A stretch of 64,000 nt of DNA from the NCBI GenBank assembly GCA_963761335.1, contig CAVXGR010000017.1:1-64000 (forward strand), in the 5' to 3' direction. Origin of the DNA: an uncultured delta proteobacterium (GTDB taxonomy: Bacteria > Desulfobacterota > Binatia > HRBIN30 > BPIQ01). The translations under genes were made by a program, and so were the position numbers. This document shows, piece after piece, positions 23,664 through 33,675 of the stretch. The notes under the pieces were generated by a model. It was not told where the DNA came from, searched no databases, and was given only the letters and a program-made list of their open reading frames with translations. Position 1 is the stretch's first letter. Each line of letters begins with the position of its first letter.

Positions 23664-24763
23664 CTGCACGCCCTCTGCCGGAATGGATGCCGATTGCCGG
23701 CGGCCGCATGGCCGGCCGCCGGTACCCGTGCGCGTACGCCGAGCCGGAGATCACCGCTCCCGTGGATCTGTGCGGCGAGGATGGATGGCTCAACCCGGCT
23801 GCGGCCGGTTGGGCGCGCCAGCCGATCGTCCGCGCCAATCTGCGCGGCCATTGGCCTCGCAAGAAGCGGTGGAACTTTTGGAACTGGATCTGCCCGGACT
23901 TCGTCTTCTCCGTCACCCTCGCCGACGTCGACTACGCCGCTTTCTGTGCCGTCTCGTTCACCGACTTCGAGTCCGGGGAGAAACACGGGGCAACCGTATT
24001 CACGCGTCCGCACGCCTTCCAGATGCCCGAGCTTGCCGAGCGCCCGGTCGCCTTTCGCTCTGGCGCACTGGAGTACTTCAACGGCAATCAGGGCGGCGAC
24101 ATTCCGGTCCGCTTCCGCGGGCGCACCAGGGAAGGCACAGCCATTGCCGCCGATTTCAGCGTGTCGAAGCCGCCGGCGCACGAGAGCCTCACCGTCGTCG
24201 TCCCCTGGAGCCCGACGCGTTTCCAGCTGAACTGCAAGGAGAACACCCGCCCCTGCGAGGGCACCGTGATCGTCGGCGATCGCCGCTACGCGATGGATCC
24301 GCGCAACTGTCATGCGGTTCAGGACTTCGGGCGCGGCATCTGGCCCTACCGCTCGTTCTGGAACTGGGCCGTGGCCACGGGCACGCAGGACGGCCGCCGC
24401 ATCGGCATCAACATGGGAGGGAAGTGGACCACCGGAACCGGCGCCAACGAGAACGCCATCTGCATCGATGGGCGGCTCCACAAGATCATGGAGGATCTGG
24501 AATGGACCTACGACGCCGGCGCCAGGGCAGGGGAGGGCGAGGTTCCCACCGCGCCCTGGCAGGTGCGCTCCCGCCACTCCGATGCCATTGATCTGGTCCT
24601 GCATCCGCTCGTCTCGCAGCGGTCGAAGATGAACCTCGGGATTCTGGCCACCGGAGGCGTGTGCGTCTTCGGTCGATGGCACGGAACGATTCGTGTCGAA
24701 GGCGAGATGATTCCCATCGACGGCCTGATCGGCTGGGCGGAGGAGTTTGCCCACCGCTGGTAG
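23660..24763 (+). CDS. DUF2804-family protein
   Basis: GWARQP...[45 protein letters not shown] overlap with the photolyase remnant. Confidence 0.75.
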   Translation: MTARPLPEWMPIAGGRMAGRRYPCAYAEPEITAPVDLCGEDGWLNPAAAGWARQPIVRANLRGHWPRKKRWNFWNWICPDFVFSVTLADVDYAAFCAVSFTDFESGEKHGATVFTRPHAFQMPELAERPVAFRSGALEYFNGNQGGDIPVRFRGRTREGTAIAADFSVSKPPAHESLTVVVPWSPTRFQLNCKENTRPCEGTVIVGDRRYAMDPRNCHAVQDFGRGIWPYRSFWNWAVATGTQDGRRIGINMGGKWTTGTGANENAICIDGRLHKIMEDLEWTYDAGARAGEGEVPTAPWQVRSRHSDAIDLVLHPLVSQRSKMNLGILATGGVCVFGRWHGTIRVEGEMIPIDGLIGWAEEFAHRW

Positions 24764-24864
24764 ATCGCCCTCCGCATTCCTTGGAAAAGGGCTTTCGAGC
24801 TGTCAGAACGTCGGATTGTTCACCGTTGCCGCGAGGCGCCGATGGTGACGAAAGGAGCGATCCG

Positions 24865-26859
24865 ATGTGGGAACTATCGGGCCGGACAATCGCCTTTAGC
24901 CTGCCGCTGTTGCTCGTTGCCTGCGGTACAAGCCGGAACGCGACAACCGGCAACCTCGGTGTCGACGCCGATGGCCACGTGGCGGCGACGGAGCGGACGG
25001 CGCGTGACAACGCCGCCGTCGCTGCGGCGCTGCCGCTCGGGGATCAGGGGGAGTTCGAGGACGCCCATCGCGGCTTCGTCGCCACCGACGAGCCGCTGGT
25101 CACCGCCGGTCCCGGCGGTCGCACCGTGTGGGATCGTCCGGCGTACGACTTCATCAAGGATGACGCGCCGCCCAGCGTGAACCCCAGCCTCTGGCGGCAG
25201 GCCAAGCTGAACGGCATCAACGGTCTCTTCAAGGTGACCGATCGCGTCTTTCAGGTGCGCGGCTACGACCTCTCCAACATGAGCGTCATCGAGGGAGACA
25301 GCGGCCGCATTCTCGTCGATCCGCTGACCTCGGTGGAGACGTCGAGGAAGGCACTGGCCCTGGTGGAGCGCCAGCTCGGGAAGAGGCCACTCGTCGCCGT
25401 CATCCTCACCCACAGCCACATCGATCACTTCGGCGGCATCAAGGGCGTGATCAGCGCCGAGGATGTGCAAGCCGGGAAGATCCGTGTCATTGCCCCGAAG
25501 GACTTCATGGTCGAGGCGGTCAGCGAGAACGTCCTCGCCGGAGCGGTCATGGGACGGCGCGCCGTGTACATGTACGGCACCTCCCTGAGTCGCACGGAAC
25601 GGGGACACGTCGATTCGGGACTGGGAAAGGCTCCGGCCATAGGCACCGTATCCATCCTGCCGCCCACCGACATCATCGATCACACCGGGCAGGAGATGGA
25701 GATCGACGGCGTCAAGCTCGTCTTCCAGTACGTGCCCCATTCCGAAGCGCCGACCGAGCTCACCTTCTACCTCCCGCAGCTGCGGGCGTTCTGCGGAGCG
25801 GAGATCGTCTCGCAGAACATGCACAACCTCTACACCCTGCGCGGCGCCAAGGTGCGCGACGCGCTTCTGTGGAGCGGGTACATCGATCAGGCAATCGATC
25901 TTTTCGGGGACAAGACCGATGTGGTCTTCAACAGCCATCACTGGCCGGTGTGGGGTCATGAGAAGGTGATCAACTACCTGAAGAAGCAGCGAGACACCTA
26001 CAGGTACATCCACGACCAGACCCTGCGCATGGCGTCGCAAGGAATGACTCCGAGGGAGATCGCCGAGGCGATGGTTCTCCCCGAGAGCCTGCGCCGCTCC
26101 TTCCCGAACCGCGACTACTACGGCACCGCCAAGCACAATGCCAAGGCGGTGTATCAGTACTACTTCGGCTGGTTCGACGGCAATCCGGCCCATCTCGATC
26201 CGCTGCCGCCGGAAGAGGAGGGCAAGCGCTACGTCGAGGCCATGGGCGGTGCCGCGGCCGTTCTGTCGAAGGCGCAGGCGGCCTACGACGAGGGCGACTA
26301 CCGCTGGGCGGCGACCCTGCTCGACCATCTGATCTTCGCCGCGCCCGGCAATGGCGAGGCCAAGCAGCTGCTGGCGCGCACCTATGACCAGCTCGGCTAT
26401 CGCGCCGAGTCGGGCCCGTGGCGGGACGTCTATCTGACCGGAGCCCAGGAACTGCGGCGCGGAGCACACGCAACCGACATGATGGCCGCGGCGGGGGACA
26501 TCATGCAGAACATTCCGCTCGACATGTACTTCACTGCCATGGCGACACGGCTGGACGGGCCCCGCGCCGACGGCAAGAACATGACCTTCAACTTCGTGTT
26601 CAAGGACGTTGGCAAGACCTTCGTGGTCCAGGTCGAGAACGCGGTCCTGCATCACAAGGAGGCGCCCGCCGATCCGCATGCCGACGCCACTGTGACCATG
26701 ACGCGTGATTTCTGGCTGAAGCTGGTCACCAGGCAGGCGTCGCTCAAGGATCTCATTTTTTCGGGAGATCTTCACGTGGAGGGTAGTCGCCTCACGCTCG
26801 TGTCCTTCTTTCGCCTGCTCGATAATCCAGACCCGGGGTTTGCCATCGTGACGCCGTGA
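24865..26859 (+). CDS. Alkyl/aryl sulfatase (SdsA/BDS1 type, MBL fold), lipoprotein
   Basis: AAGGAG SD; LVAC lipobox; NPSLWRQA, THSHIDHFGG, dimerisation domain and C-terminal SCP2-like domain. Confidence 0.92.
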   Translation: MWELSGRTIAFSLPLLLVACGTSRNATTGNLGVDADGHVAATERTARDNAAVAAALPLGDQGEFEDAHRGFVATDEPLVTAGPGGRTVWDRPAYDFIKDDAPPSVNPSLWRQAKLNGINGLFKVTDRVFQVRGYDLSNMSVIEGDSGRILVDPLTSVETSRKALALVERQLGKRPLVAVILTHSHIDHFGGIKGVISAEDVQAGKIRVIAPKDFMVEAVSENVLAGAVMGRRAVYMYGTSLSRTERGHVDSGLGKAPAIGTVSILPPTDIIDHTGQEMEIDGVKLVFQYVPHSEAPTELTFYLPQLRAFCGAEIVSQNMHNLYTLRGAKVRDALLWSGYIDQAIDLFGDKTDVVFNSHHWPVWGHEKVINYLKKQRDTYRYIHDQTLRMASQGMTPREIAEAMVLPESLRRSFPNRDYYGTAKHNAKAVYQYYFGWFDGNPAHLDPLPPEEEGKRYVEAMGGAAAVLSKAQAAYDEGDYRWAATLLDHLIFAAPGNGEAKQLLARTYDQLGYRAESGPWRDVYLTGAQELRRGAHATDMMAAAGDIMQNIPLDMYFTAMATRLDGPRADGKNMTFNFVFKDVGKTFVVQVENAVLHHKEAPADPHADATVTMTRDFWLKLVTRQASLKDLIFSGDLHVEGSRLTLVSFFRLLDNPDPGFAIVTP

Positions 26860-27011
26860 CCGGGCGCCGCCCGATTCCCGCAAGTTGAAGCGCCCGAGGG
26901 CCGCCGTTTTTCAGGAATGCGAAAAAGCGGTGCCCATGGGATCTGTGCGACCGTCCCGTTTCTCCGGCAGGCTTCTTGCTGCCGCATGGCGGCGATGGAG
27001 GAGCGGTACTG

Positions 27012-28268
27012 GTGGCATCTCGCCTGAGCGGCGCGCGGAGAGAACCTCTGTCCCGCCGCCCGCTGGTCTTTCTTCTCGCCGGTGCGCTCGCCGCTGTCTC
27101 TGTCGGGGCTGCGCTCGGTGCAAAGGTGTCGGCCGAGGACACCGAGCAGTGGCTCCCCAAGCAGCCCCTCGTCGAAGGACAGAAGGTATTCGAGGAGAAG
27201 CACTGCATCAGCTGCCACGGCCTGCCCCTCGACGCCAAGGCGGAGCGCATCGGTCCGGACCTGGGCCGCCAGTCGTGGCAGGACGCCATGCAGTTCGCCG
27301 GCGATCTGTGGAACCACCGGCCGGTGATGGCGCAGCGCATGCGCGAGAAAGGGATCGCCCGGCCGAAGCTGACTCCGGAGGAGATGGGGCAGCTGTCGGC
27401 GTATCTCTTCTATCTCCGCTTCCTCGATGAATCGGGAGATGCGGCGCGGGGCCGCGAGCTCTTTCACGAGCGCTCCTGCGCGCAGTGCCATCAGCTCGAC
27501 GGGCGGGGCGGCACCGTGGGTCCGCGGCTCGACGAGCTGAAGACATCCATCTCATCGCTGTTTCTCGCCCAGGCACTCTGGAATCACGGCCGGGAGATGG
27601 CCGCGAAGATGGCGGCGCTGCGCGTCGAGCGGCCCCGCCTGGAGAGCCAGGACGTCGCCGATATCGTCGCTTTCATTCGCGATGGAGCCGGCGAACGGGA
27701 GGCTTCGGCAATGGAGCTAGCGGCGATTCAGGCGGCTAGCCCGCGCGTCGGCAAAGTCCTCTTCCGCGAGAAGGGATGCATCCAGTGCCACGCCATCGAC
27801 GGCGCCGGTGGGACGGTCGGTCCGGATCTCGGCAAGCGGGGGCCGGCGCGCAGCGTCTCGGAGATGGCGGGGGCGCTGTGGAACCACGGACCTGCGATGT
27901 GGGCGAAGATGCAGGAGCGGCACGTGCAGTTCCCGCATCTGAGCGACCGCGATCTGCCCGATCTGCTCTCCTACCTCTACTTCGTGCAGTACACCAATAG
28001 CGGCGGCGATGCGGCGCGCGGCGCCGAGGTCTTTCGCGCCGAGACCTGCTCGCAGTGCCATGCGGTCGATGGTGCGATTCCGCCGGGAGGCTCCGACCTG
28101 GCGAAGTCGGCGGCGCTGGCGTCGCCGGCACACTGGGCCGCGGCGATGTGGAATCACGCCGCCATCGACCGGGCCCCGGGCGCCGAGCGGGACGCCTGGC
28201 CGCAATTCGAGAATGACGACATGCGCGACCTGCTGGCCTACGTGCGTTCCGGCGCCGCGGGAAAGTGA
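27012..28268 (+). CDS. Tetraheme c-type cytochrome made of four tandem monoheme domains
   Basis: CISCH, CAQCH, CIQCH and CSQCH, each followed by a GPDL-like segment and a WNH motif; signal peptide; start uncertain. Confidence 0.82.
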   Translation: MASRLSGARREPLSRRPLVFLLAGALAAVSVGAALGAKVSAEDTEQWLPKQPLVEGQKVFEEKHCISCHGLPLDAKAERIGPDLGRQSWQDAMQFAGDLWNHRPVMAQRMREKGIARPKLTPEEMGQLSAYLFYLRFLDESGDAARGRELFHERSCAQCHQLDGRGGTVGPRLDELKTSISSLFLAQALWNHGREMAAKMAALRVERPRLESQDVADIVAFIRDGAGEREASAMELAAIQAASPRVGKVLFREKGCIQCHAIDGAGGTVGPDLGKRGPARSVSEMAGALWNHGPAMWAKMQERHVQFPHLSDRDLPDLLSYLYFVQYTNSGGDAARGAEVFRAETCSQCHAVDGAIPPGGSDLAKSAALASPAHWAAAMWNHAAIDRAPGAERDAWPQFENDDMRDLLAYVRSGAAGK

Positions 28269-28277
28269 GATGGCCCC

Positions 28278-29054
28278 ATGAGCGGACCTGAGCCTCCAGA
28301 GAAGGCAGGGGCGGAAACGCCGGAGGAAGAGGCAGCGGAGTTCTCGATCGCGCGCTCCAACGCATTGATCCCTCTCCTCGTCATGTTTGCCGTCACCGTG
28401 CTCACCATCCTCGTGGTCATCGTGCGCGCCAAGCCCTTCGTGCCCGTCGAAGGTGCGCCGGCGAACAAGGCGTTCAGCCCGGCGGATTTCCCGGCGATTT
28501 TCGAGAGCGACAATCCGCTTGCCGGGCTGGACGCCGCCGACGTGCAGCGCGGTCCTGGGGCGTCGACCGTGCTCTATCCGGTTCCGGCGCCGCCGTTCAG
28601 CGAAGGGATCTATCCGTGCATGCAGTGCCACGCCGCCTTTCCGCCGAATCCGGAGCGACGCCCGCTCGAGGCCATGCACACCGACATCGTTCTCCGCCAC
28701 GACGAGGAGCATCGGTGGTGCCTCGACTGCCACGATGTCAACGACCGCGATCAGCTCCGTCTGGCGAGCGGCGCGCCCCTGCCGTTCTCCGAGTCGTATC
28801 GCCTCTGCGGCCAGTGCCACGGAACGCAGTTCCGCGACTGGCGGGAGGGAATCCACGGCAAGCGCACTGGGTATTGGGACGGGCCGAAGCGCTACCTGCT
28901 GTGCGTCAACTGCCACAACCCCCACAGCCCGCGCTTTGCCGCGTTACAGCCGCTCCCACCGCCGGTGCGGCCACAGTTTCTGCAGCAGGACGATGTGAAG
29001 CTCGAGCCGGTGGCGGCGGCGGAGAAGGAGGCCGCTGATGCCGGAACGCCCTGA
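28278..29054 (+). CDS. Membrane-anchored tetraheme cytochrome c
   Basis: N-terminal TM helix; CMQCH, CLDCH, CGQCH, CVNCH. Confidence 0.85.
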   Translation: MSGPEPPEKAGAETPEEEAAEFSIARSNALIPLLVMFAVTVLTILVVIVRAKPFVPVEGAPANKAFSPADFPAIFESDNPLAGLDAADVQRGPGASTVLYPVPAPPFSEGIYPCMQCHAAFPPNPERRPLEAMHTDIVLRHDEEHRWCLDCHDVNDRDQLRLASGAPLPFSESYRLCGQCHGTQFRDWREGIHGKRTGYWDGPKRYLLCVNCHNPHSPRFAALQPLPPPVRPQFLQQDDVKLEPVAAAEKEAADAGTP

Positions 29055-29967
29055 CAGCTCGCCCGCTGCGCTTGCCGCAGAGGACGAAGGCGGACTCAGC
29101 CGCCGGGACTTCCTGACGGCCATCGGGCTGGCCGCCGCCGGCGTCCTCGCTGGCTGCACGCCGGAGGTTCGCGAGGCCTATCTGCAGAAGCATTTCCTCG
29201 AGCTCTCTCCGGCCGAGGTGCAGTCGCGGATGGCGCGCCTGCAGGCGGACTACACGGCGCGCTTCGGCGAGCCGGTGACCGTGTCGGCGGTGCCGGCGCG
29301 ACCCGGTGTCACCTTCGGTTACGCCCTCGACCTGTCGCGCTGCATCGGCTGCCGCCGCTGCGTGTACGCCTGCGTCAAGGAGAACAACCAATCGCGCGAT
29401 CCGCAGATCCAATGGATCCGCGTGCTGGAGATGGAGAAGGACAAGGGCATCGACTTCGAGGAGGCCAATCCCTATTACGATCCGGAGAAGGTGCCGGACC
29501 CGGAGCACTTCTATCTGCCGGTTGCCTGCCAGCAGTGCCGCACGCCGCAGTGCACGCAGGTCTGTCCGGTCGGGGCGACGTGGCAGGAGCCGGACGGCAT
29601 CGTGGTCATCGACTACGACTGGTGCATCGGCTGCCGATACTGCATGGCCGCCTGCCCGTACGGTGCCCGTCATTTCAACTGGGGCGAGCCCCACGTTCCG
29701 GCCGAGGAGTTGAATCCGAACACGCACTATCTCGGCAACCGTCCGCGTCCCCGCGGCGTGGTGGAGAAGTGCACCTTCTGCATTCAGCGAGTGCGCAACG
29801 GGCGCTATCCCGCGTGCGTCGAGATCTGCCCGGTGGGCGCCCGCAAGTTCGGCAATCTGCTCGACCCGGAGAGCGAGATCTCGCGCATCCTGCGCGAGAA
29901 GCGCGTATTCGTCCTCAAGGGCGAGCTGAAAACGGAGCCGAAGTTCTACTACTTCTACGGCATCTAG
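29038..29967 (+). CDS. Tat-exported 4Fe-4S ferredoxin subunit (NrfC/PsrB/DsrO-like)
   Basis: SRRDFL Tat motif; CIGCRRCVYAC, CQQC..PQCTQVCP, CIGCRYCMAACPY, KCTFC...PACVEICP. Confidence 0.9.
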   Translation: MPERPDSSPAALAAEDEGGLSRRDFLTAIGLAAAGVLAGCTPEVREAYLQKHFLELSPAEVQSRMARLQADYTARFGEPVTVSAVPARPGVTFGYALDLSRCIGCRRCVYACVKENNQSRDPQIQWIRVLEMEKDKGIDFEEANPYYDPEKVPDPEHFYLPVACQQCRTPQCTQVCPVGATWQEPDGIVVIDYDWCIGCRYCMAACPYGARHFNWGEPHVPAEELNPNTHYLGNRPRPRGVVEKCTFCIQRVRNGRYPACVEICPVGARKFGNLLDPESEISRILREKRVFVLKGELKTEPKFYYFYGI

Positions 29968-29976
29968 CGAGGTCGC

Positions 29977-31227
29977 ATGGGAGTGCTCGAGTTCATCCGC
30001 AGAAGTGCCCGCTTCGTTCTCAACGGCGGCAAGGTCTACTGGCTGTGGATCTTCTTTCTGCTGGCGCTGATCGTCTGGGGGGCGCTCGCCTACGCCGACC
30101 AGCTGCGTTCCGGGCTGATCGTCACTCACATGCGCGATCAGGTTTCGTGGGCGTTCTACATCGGCAACTTCACCTTCCTGGTTGGCGTTGCCGCCGCTGC
30201 CGTCGTCCTGGTCATTCCCGCGTACATCTATCACTGGAAGCCGATCAAGGAGGTGGCGCTGCTCGGGGAGATCCTGGCGATCAGCGCCATCGTCATGTGC
30301 CTGCTGTTCGTGGTCGCCGACATGGGGCGGCCGGACCGCTTCTGGCACCTCATCCCGGTGATCGGGCACATGAACTTCCCGAGCTCGATCCTGGCGTGGG
30401 ACGTTCTGGTGCTCAACCTCTACCTGGTGCTGAACCTGACCATCGTCAGCCATCTCCTCTACCGGGGCATGCAGGGCCGCAGCTATAATCAGAAGTTGGT
30501 CGTGCCGCTGGTCCTCTTTTCCATACCGGCGGCCGTGGGGATCCACACGGTGACGGCGTTCATCTACGCCGGCTTGCCGGGACGGCCCTACTGGAACGCC
30601 TCGATCCTGGCGCCGCGCTTCCTCTGCTCGGCGTTTTGCTCGGGGCCGGCGGTGATGCTGGTTCTCTTCCAGATCCTGCAGCGCACCACCAAGATCGCCA
30701 TCAAGGACGCCGCCATCTGGAAGATCGCCGAGCTGATGGCCTATGCCATGTTCATCAACCTCTTTCTTCTCGGCGCGGAGATCTTCAAGGAGTACTACTC
30801 GCGGACCGAGCATCTGATCCATCTGCAGTATCTGTTCGCCGGGGTGCGCGGCCATGAGGCGCTGGTTCCCTACGCCTGGGCCTTCGTGGGCTGCGGCATT
30901 GCGGCCTTCCTGCTGTTCCTCTTCCCGGCGACGCGGCGCAACGTGGTCACGCTCAATCTGGGTTGCCTGTTGATCTATGCCAGCGTCTACATCGAGAAGG
31001 GCATGGGACTGGTGATCCCCGCTTTCACTCCGGACGTCCTCGGAGAGATCTACGAGTACACGCCGACGCTGCACGAGCTACGCATCGGCGCCGGCATCTT
31101 CTCGGTTGGCTTCCTCGTGTTCACCGTCCTCTGCCGCATCGCCATCCCCATCATGACCGGAGAGTTCGCCGCCGCCGGCGAGCCGGCGGCGCACCCCGCC
31201 AGCGGCTTGGCGCCGGCGTCTCGGTAA
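29977..31227 (+). CDS. NrfD/PsrC/DsrP-family quinol-interacting membrane subunit
   Basis: About 10 TM helices; WAFYIGNFTFLVGVAA, DMGRPDR, HTVTAF motifs. Confidence 0.9.
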   Translation: MGVLEFIRRSARFVLNGGKVYWLWIFFLLALIVWGALAYADQLRSGLIVTHMRDQVSWAFYIGNFTFLVGVAAAAVVLVIPAYIYHWKPIKEVALLGEILAISAIVMCLLFVVADMGRPDRFWHLIPVIGHMNFPSSILAWDVLVLNLYLVLNLTIVSHLLYRGMQGRSYNQKLVVPLVLFSIPAAVGIHTVTAFIYAGLPGRPYWNASILAPRFLCSAFCSGPAVMLVLFQILQRTTKIAIKDAAIWKIAELMAYAMFINLFLLGAEIFKEYYSRTEHLIHLQYLFAGVRGHEALVPYAWAFVGCGIAAFLLFLFPATRRNVVTLNLGCLLIYASVYIEKGMGLVIPAFTPDVLGEIYEYTPTLHELRIGAGIFSVGFLVFTVLCRIAIPIMTGEFAAAGEPAAHPASGLAPASR

Positions 31228-31233
31228 GGGAAA

Positions 31234-31253
31234 GGCCCCCTTTGCGGGGGGCT
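31234..31253 (+). terminator. Possible hairpin terminator after the NrfD gene
   Basis: GCCCCC-TTTGCG-GGGGGC hairpin; no clear U-tract on the + strand. Confidence 0.35.
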
Positions 31254-31345
31254 CGGAGGGTGGGAGGCATGCTCCCGCCCTGTCCGGCGAGGCCATGCCT
31301 CGCCGCGGGGTGCCGTGGCGGTTGCGGCCCTTCGGCGACTCTGCC

Positions 31346-32866
31346 ATGAGCCAACCCATGGCTGGATCGATCGCGAAGACCACTCGGGGCGAGGTTCGAG
31401 GCCGCGGGAAAGAGGGCGTGCTGCTCTTCGCTGGCATCCCCTACGCGGCGCCGCCAACAGGGCGGCGGCGGTTCCGCGCCCCGGAGCCACACGAGGGCTG
31501 GATCGGCGTCCGCGAGGCGCAGCGCTTTGGGCCGGCAGCGCCGCAGCCGCTCGGCGAGGGTCTCATGGCCAACCCGCAGCTGCGCTGGGACGAGGACTGT
31601 CTGTCGCTCAACGTCTGCACTCCAGGGCTCGACGACGGCGGTCGGCCGGTCCTCTTCTGGATCCACGGCGGCGGCTTTCGCAGCGGTCAGGGGGCGACGC
31701 CGTGGTACAACGGCACCTCCTTCGCGCGCTGCGGCGACATCGTCACCGTCAGCATCAACTACCGCCTCGGCGCCCTCGGCTTCGCGCACTTGCAAGAGAT
31801 CGGTGGCAACGACTACGCCAGCTCCGGGCTGAACGGCATCCTCGACCAGATCGCCGCACTGAAATGGGTGCGCGACAACATTGCCGCCTTCGGCGGCGAT
31901 CCGCAGAAGGTGACCATCGCCGGCGAGTCGGCGGGCGGCATGAGCGTCGGTACGCTGCTCGGCTGCCCCGCGGCGGCCGGGCTGTTTCGCGCCGCGATCC
32001 CGCAGAGCGGCGCGGCGCACATGGTCATCGGACGAGAGCAGGGCGCCGATCTGGCCCGACGCTTCGCCGCCGCCGCCGAGGCCAGCTCGATCGATGAGCT
32101 CATTGCGGCACCCGTCGAGCGCCTTGTCGAGGCACAGGCAGAGCTCGAGCGCCAGTCGCGCAGCGGCGACTTGCGCCCGAGCACGGGCACCGGGCTGGCG
32201 GGGATGCCGTTTCATCCCGTCGTCGAGGGATACATGTTGCCGCGACCGCCGATCGAGGCGGTGCGCGCCGGGCTGTCGGCGGCGTTGCCCGTCCTGGTCG
32301 GCACCAACCGCGACGAGATGACTCTCTTCCCGGTCGGGCGGGTGGACGAGGACCGCCTGCGCCGCATCGCAACACGGCTCTTCGCGGCGGACGCGGATGC
32401 GGCGCTTGCCGCTTACCGGAGCGAATGGCGCGGCGCCTCCGCCGAGGACCTGGTCAACGCCATGCTCACCGACCGCTACTTCCGCATCCCGGGGGTGCGC
32501 CTGGCCGAGGCGCAGGCGAGTGGTGGCGGTACGGCGTATCAGTATCTCTTCACCTGGGAATCGCGCGCCTTCGACGGGCGACTGAAGGCGACGCATGCTC
32601 TGGAGATTCCCTTTGCGTTCAACAACCTCGAGCGCGCCGGCGTCGAGCTCTTCCTCGGTCCGGGCCCGCGGCCGCAGAGGCTCGCCGAAGCCATGCACGC
32701 CGCATGGATCGCCTTCATCCGCAGCGGCGATCCGAGCTGCAAGGCAGTCGGCGAGTGGCCGCGGTACGGTCTCGAGCAACGCTCTGTCATGGAGCTCGGC
32801 GAGCGGATCGCGGTGCTCCGCGATCCGTACGGGGCGAGCCGATCGCTGTGGACGGATCGGCTCTGA
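31346..32866 (+). CDS. Type-B carboxylesterase (PnbA-like)
   Basis: GIPYAAPP, EDCLSLNV, WIHGGGF, catalytic GESAG, THALEIPF. Confidence 0.93.
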   Translation: MSQPMAGSIAKTTRGEVRGRGKEGVLLFAGIPYAAPPTGRRRFRAPEPHEGWIGVREAQRFGPAAPQPLGEGLMANPQLRWDEDCLSLNVCTPGLDDGGRPVLFWIHGGGFRSGQGATPWYNGTSFARCGDIVTVSINYRLGALGFAHLQEIGGNDYASSGLNGILDQIAALKWVRDNIAAFGGDPQKVTIAGESAGGMSVGTLLGCPAAAGLFRAAIPQSGAAHMVIGREQGADLARRFAAAAEASSIDELIAAPVERLVEAQAELERQSRSGDLRPSTGTGLAGMPFHPVVEGYMLPRPPIEAVRAGLSAALPVLVGTNRDEMTLFPVGRVDEDRLRRIATRLFAADADAALAAYRSEWRGASAEDLVNAMLTDRYFRIPGVRLAEAQASGGGTAYQYLFTWESRAFDGRLKATHALEIPFAFNNLERAGVELFLGPGPRPQRLAEAMHAAWIAFIRSGDPSCKAVGEWPRYGLEQRSVMELGERIAVLRDPYGASRSLWTDRL

Positions 32867-33652
32867 CTACGGCCGCACGTCGACTCGGCGAAAGACGAGC
32901 TCCATGATCCTGCGGGGGATCTCCACCAGGCCGACAACCGGCCACAGCATGCCGGGGAGGATGACATTGCGGCGCTCGCGGCGGATGCCGTCGACGATGC
33001 CGTCGATCACCTTGGCCAGCGGGATGCGGACGTCCTCGACGGAGCGCTTGCCGCGCAGGCGGCGATAGGGCGCGTAGCCCTGCGTGGCGTCGTCCATGTC
33101 CGTCGCCGTGCTGCCGATCTGTACCAGGGTCACGGTGATCGGCTGGTCGCGCAGGTCGAGCCGCAGCCCGGCGGTGTACTGCGCCAGGCCGGCCTTGCTG
33201 GCGCCGTAGTGCACCAGCCCCGGCGGCGGCATGGTGCCGGCGACCGATCCCATGTTGACAATGTGTCCGCGGCCGCGCTCGATCATGCGTGGGATGACCT
33301 GTTGGCACAGATGGATCGGGGTCAGCAGGTTGGTGCGGAAGAGCGCCTCGATGGCTGCCGGAGTCTGCTCGAGTACGTGCCCGATGTTGGAGATACCGGC
33401 GTTGTTGACGAGCACGTCGATGTCGCCGCCGTCCGCCTCGATGCGCTCGATCAGTCCGCTCACTGCTGCGGCGTCACCCAGATCGACCGCGTAGGCCGCG
33501 CCGCCCAGCGCTGCGGCGAGCTCGCGCAGCGGACCTTCACGGCGCGCCACCAGCGCCAGGCGCGCCCCTTCGGCTGCCAGGCGCTCGGCGAGCGCGCGGC
33601 CGATGCCGCGTGTGGCGCCGGTCACCAGCACGCGCTGTCCGGAGATCTGCAT
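32867..33652 (-). CDS. Short-chain dehydrogenase/reductase
   Basis: TGATRGIG, NNAG, YGASK motifs. Confidence 0.9.
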   Translation of the reverse strand: MQISGQRVLVTGATRGIGRALAERLAAEGARLALVARREGPLRELAAALGGAAYAVDLGDAAAVSGLIERIEADGGDIDVLVNNAGISNIGHVLEQTPAAIEALFRTNLLTPIHLCQQVIPRMIERGRGHIVNMGSVAGTMPPPGLVHYGASKAGLAQYTAGLRLDLRDQPITVTLVQIGSTATDMDDATQGYAPYRRLRGKRSVEDVRIPLAKVIDGIVDGIRRERRNVILPGMLWPVVGLVEIPRRIMELVFRRVDVRP

Positions 33653-33675
33653 GTGGTGGTGCCTCCTGTGCCTCG

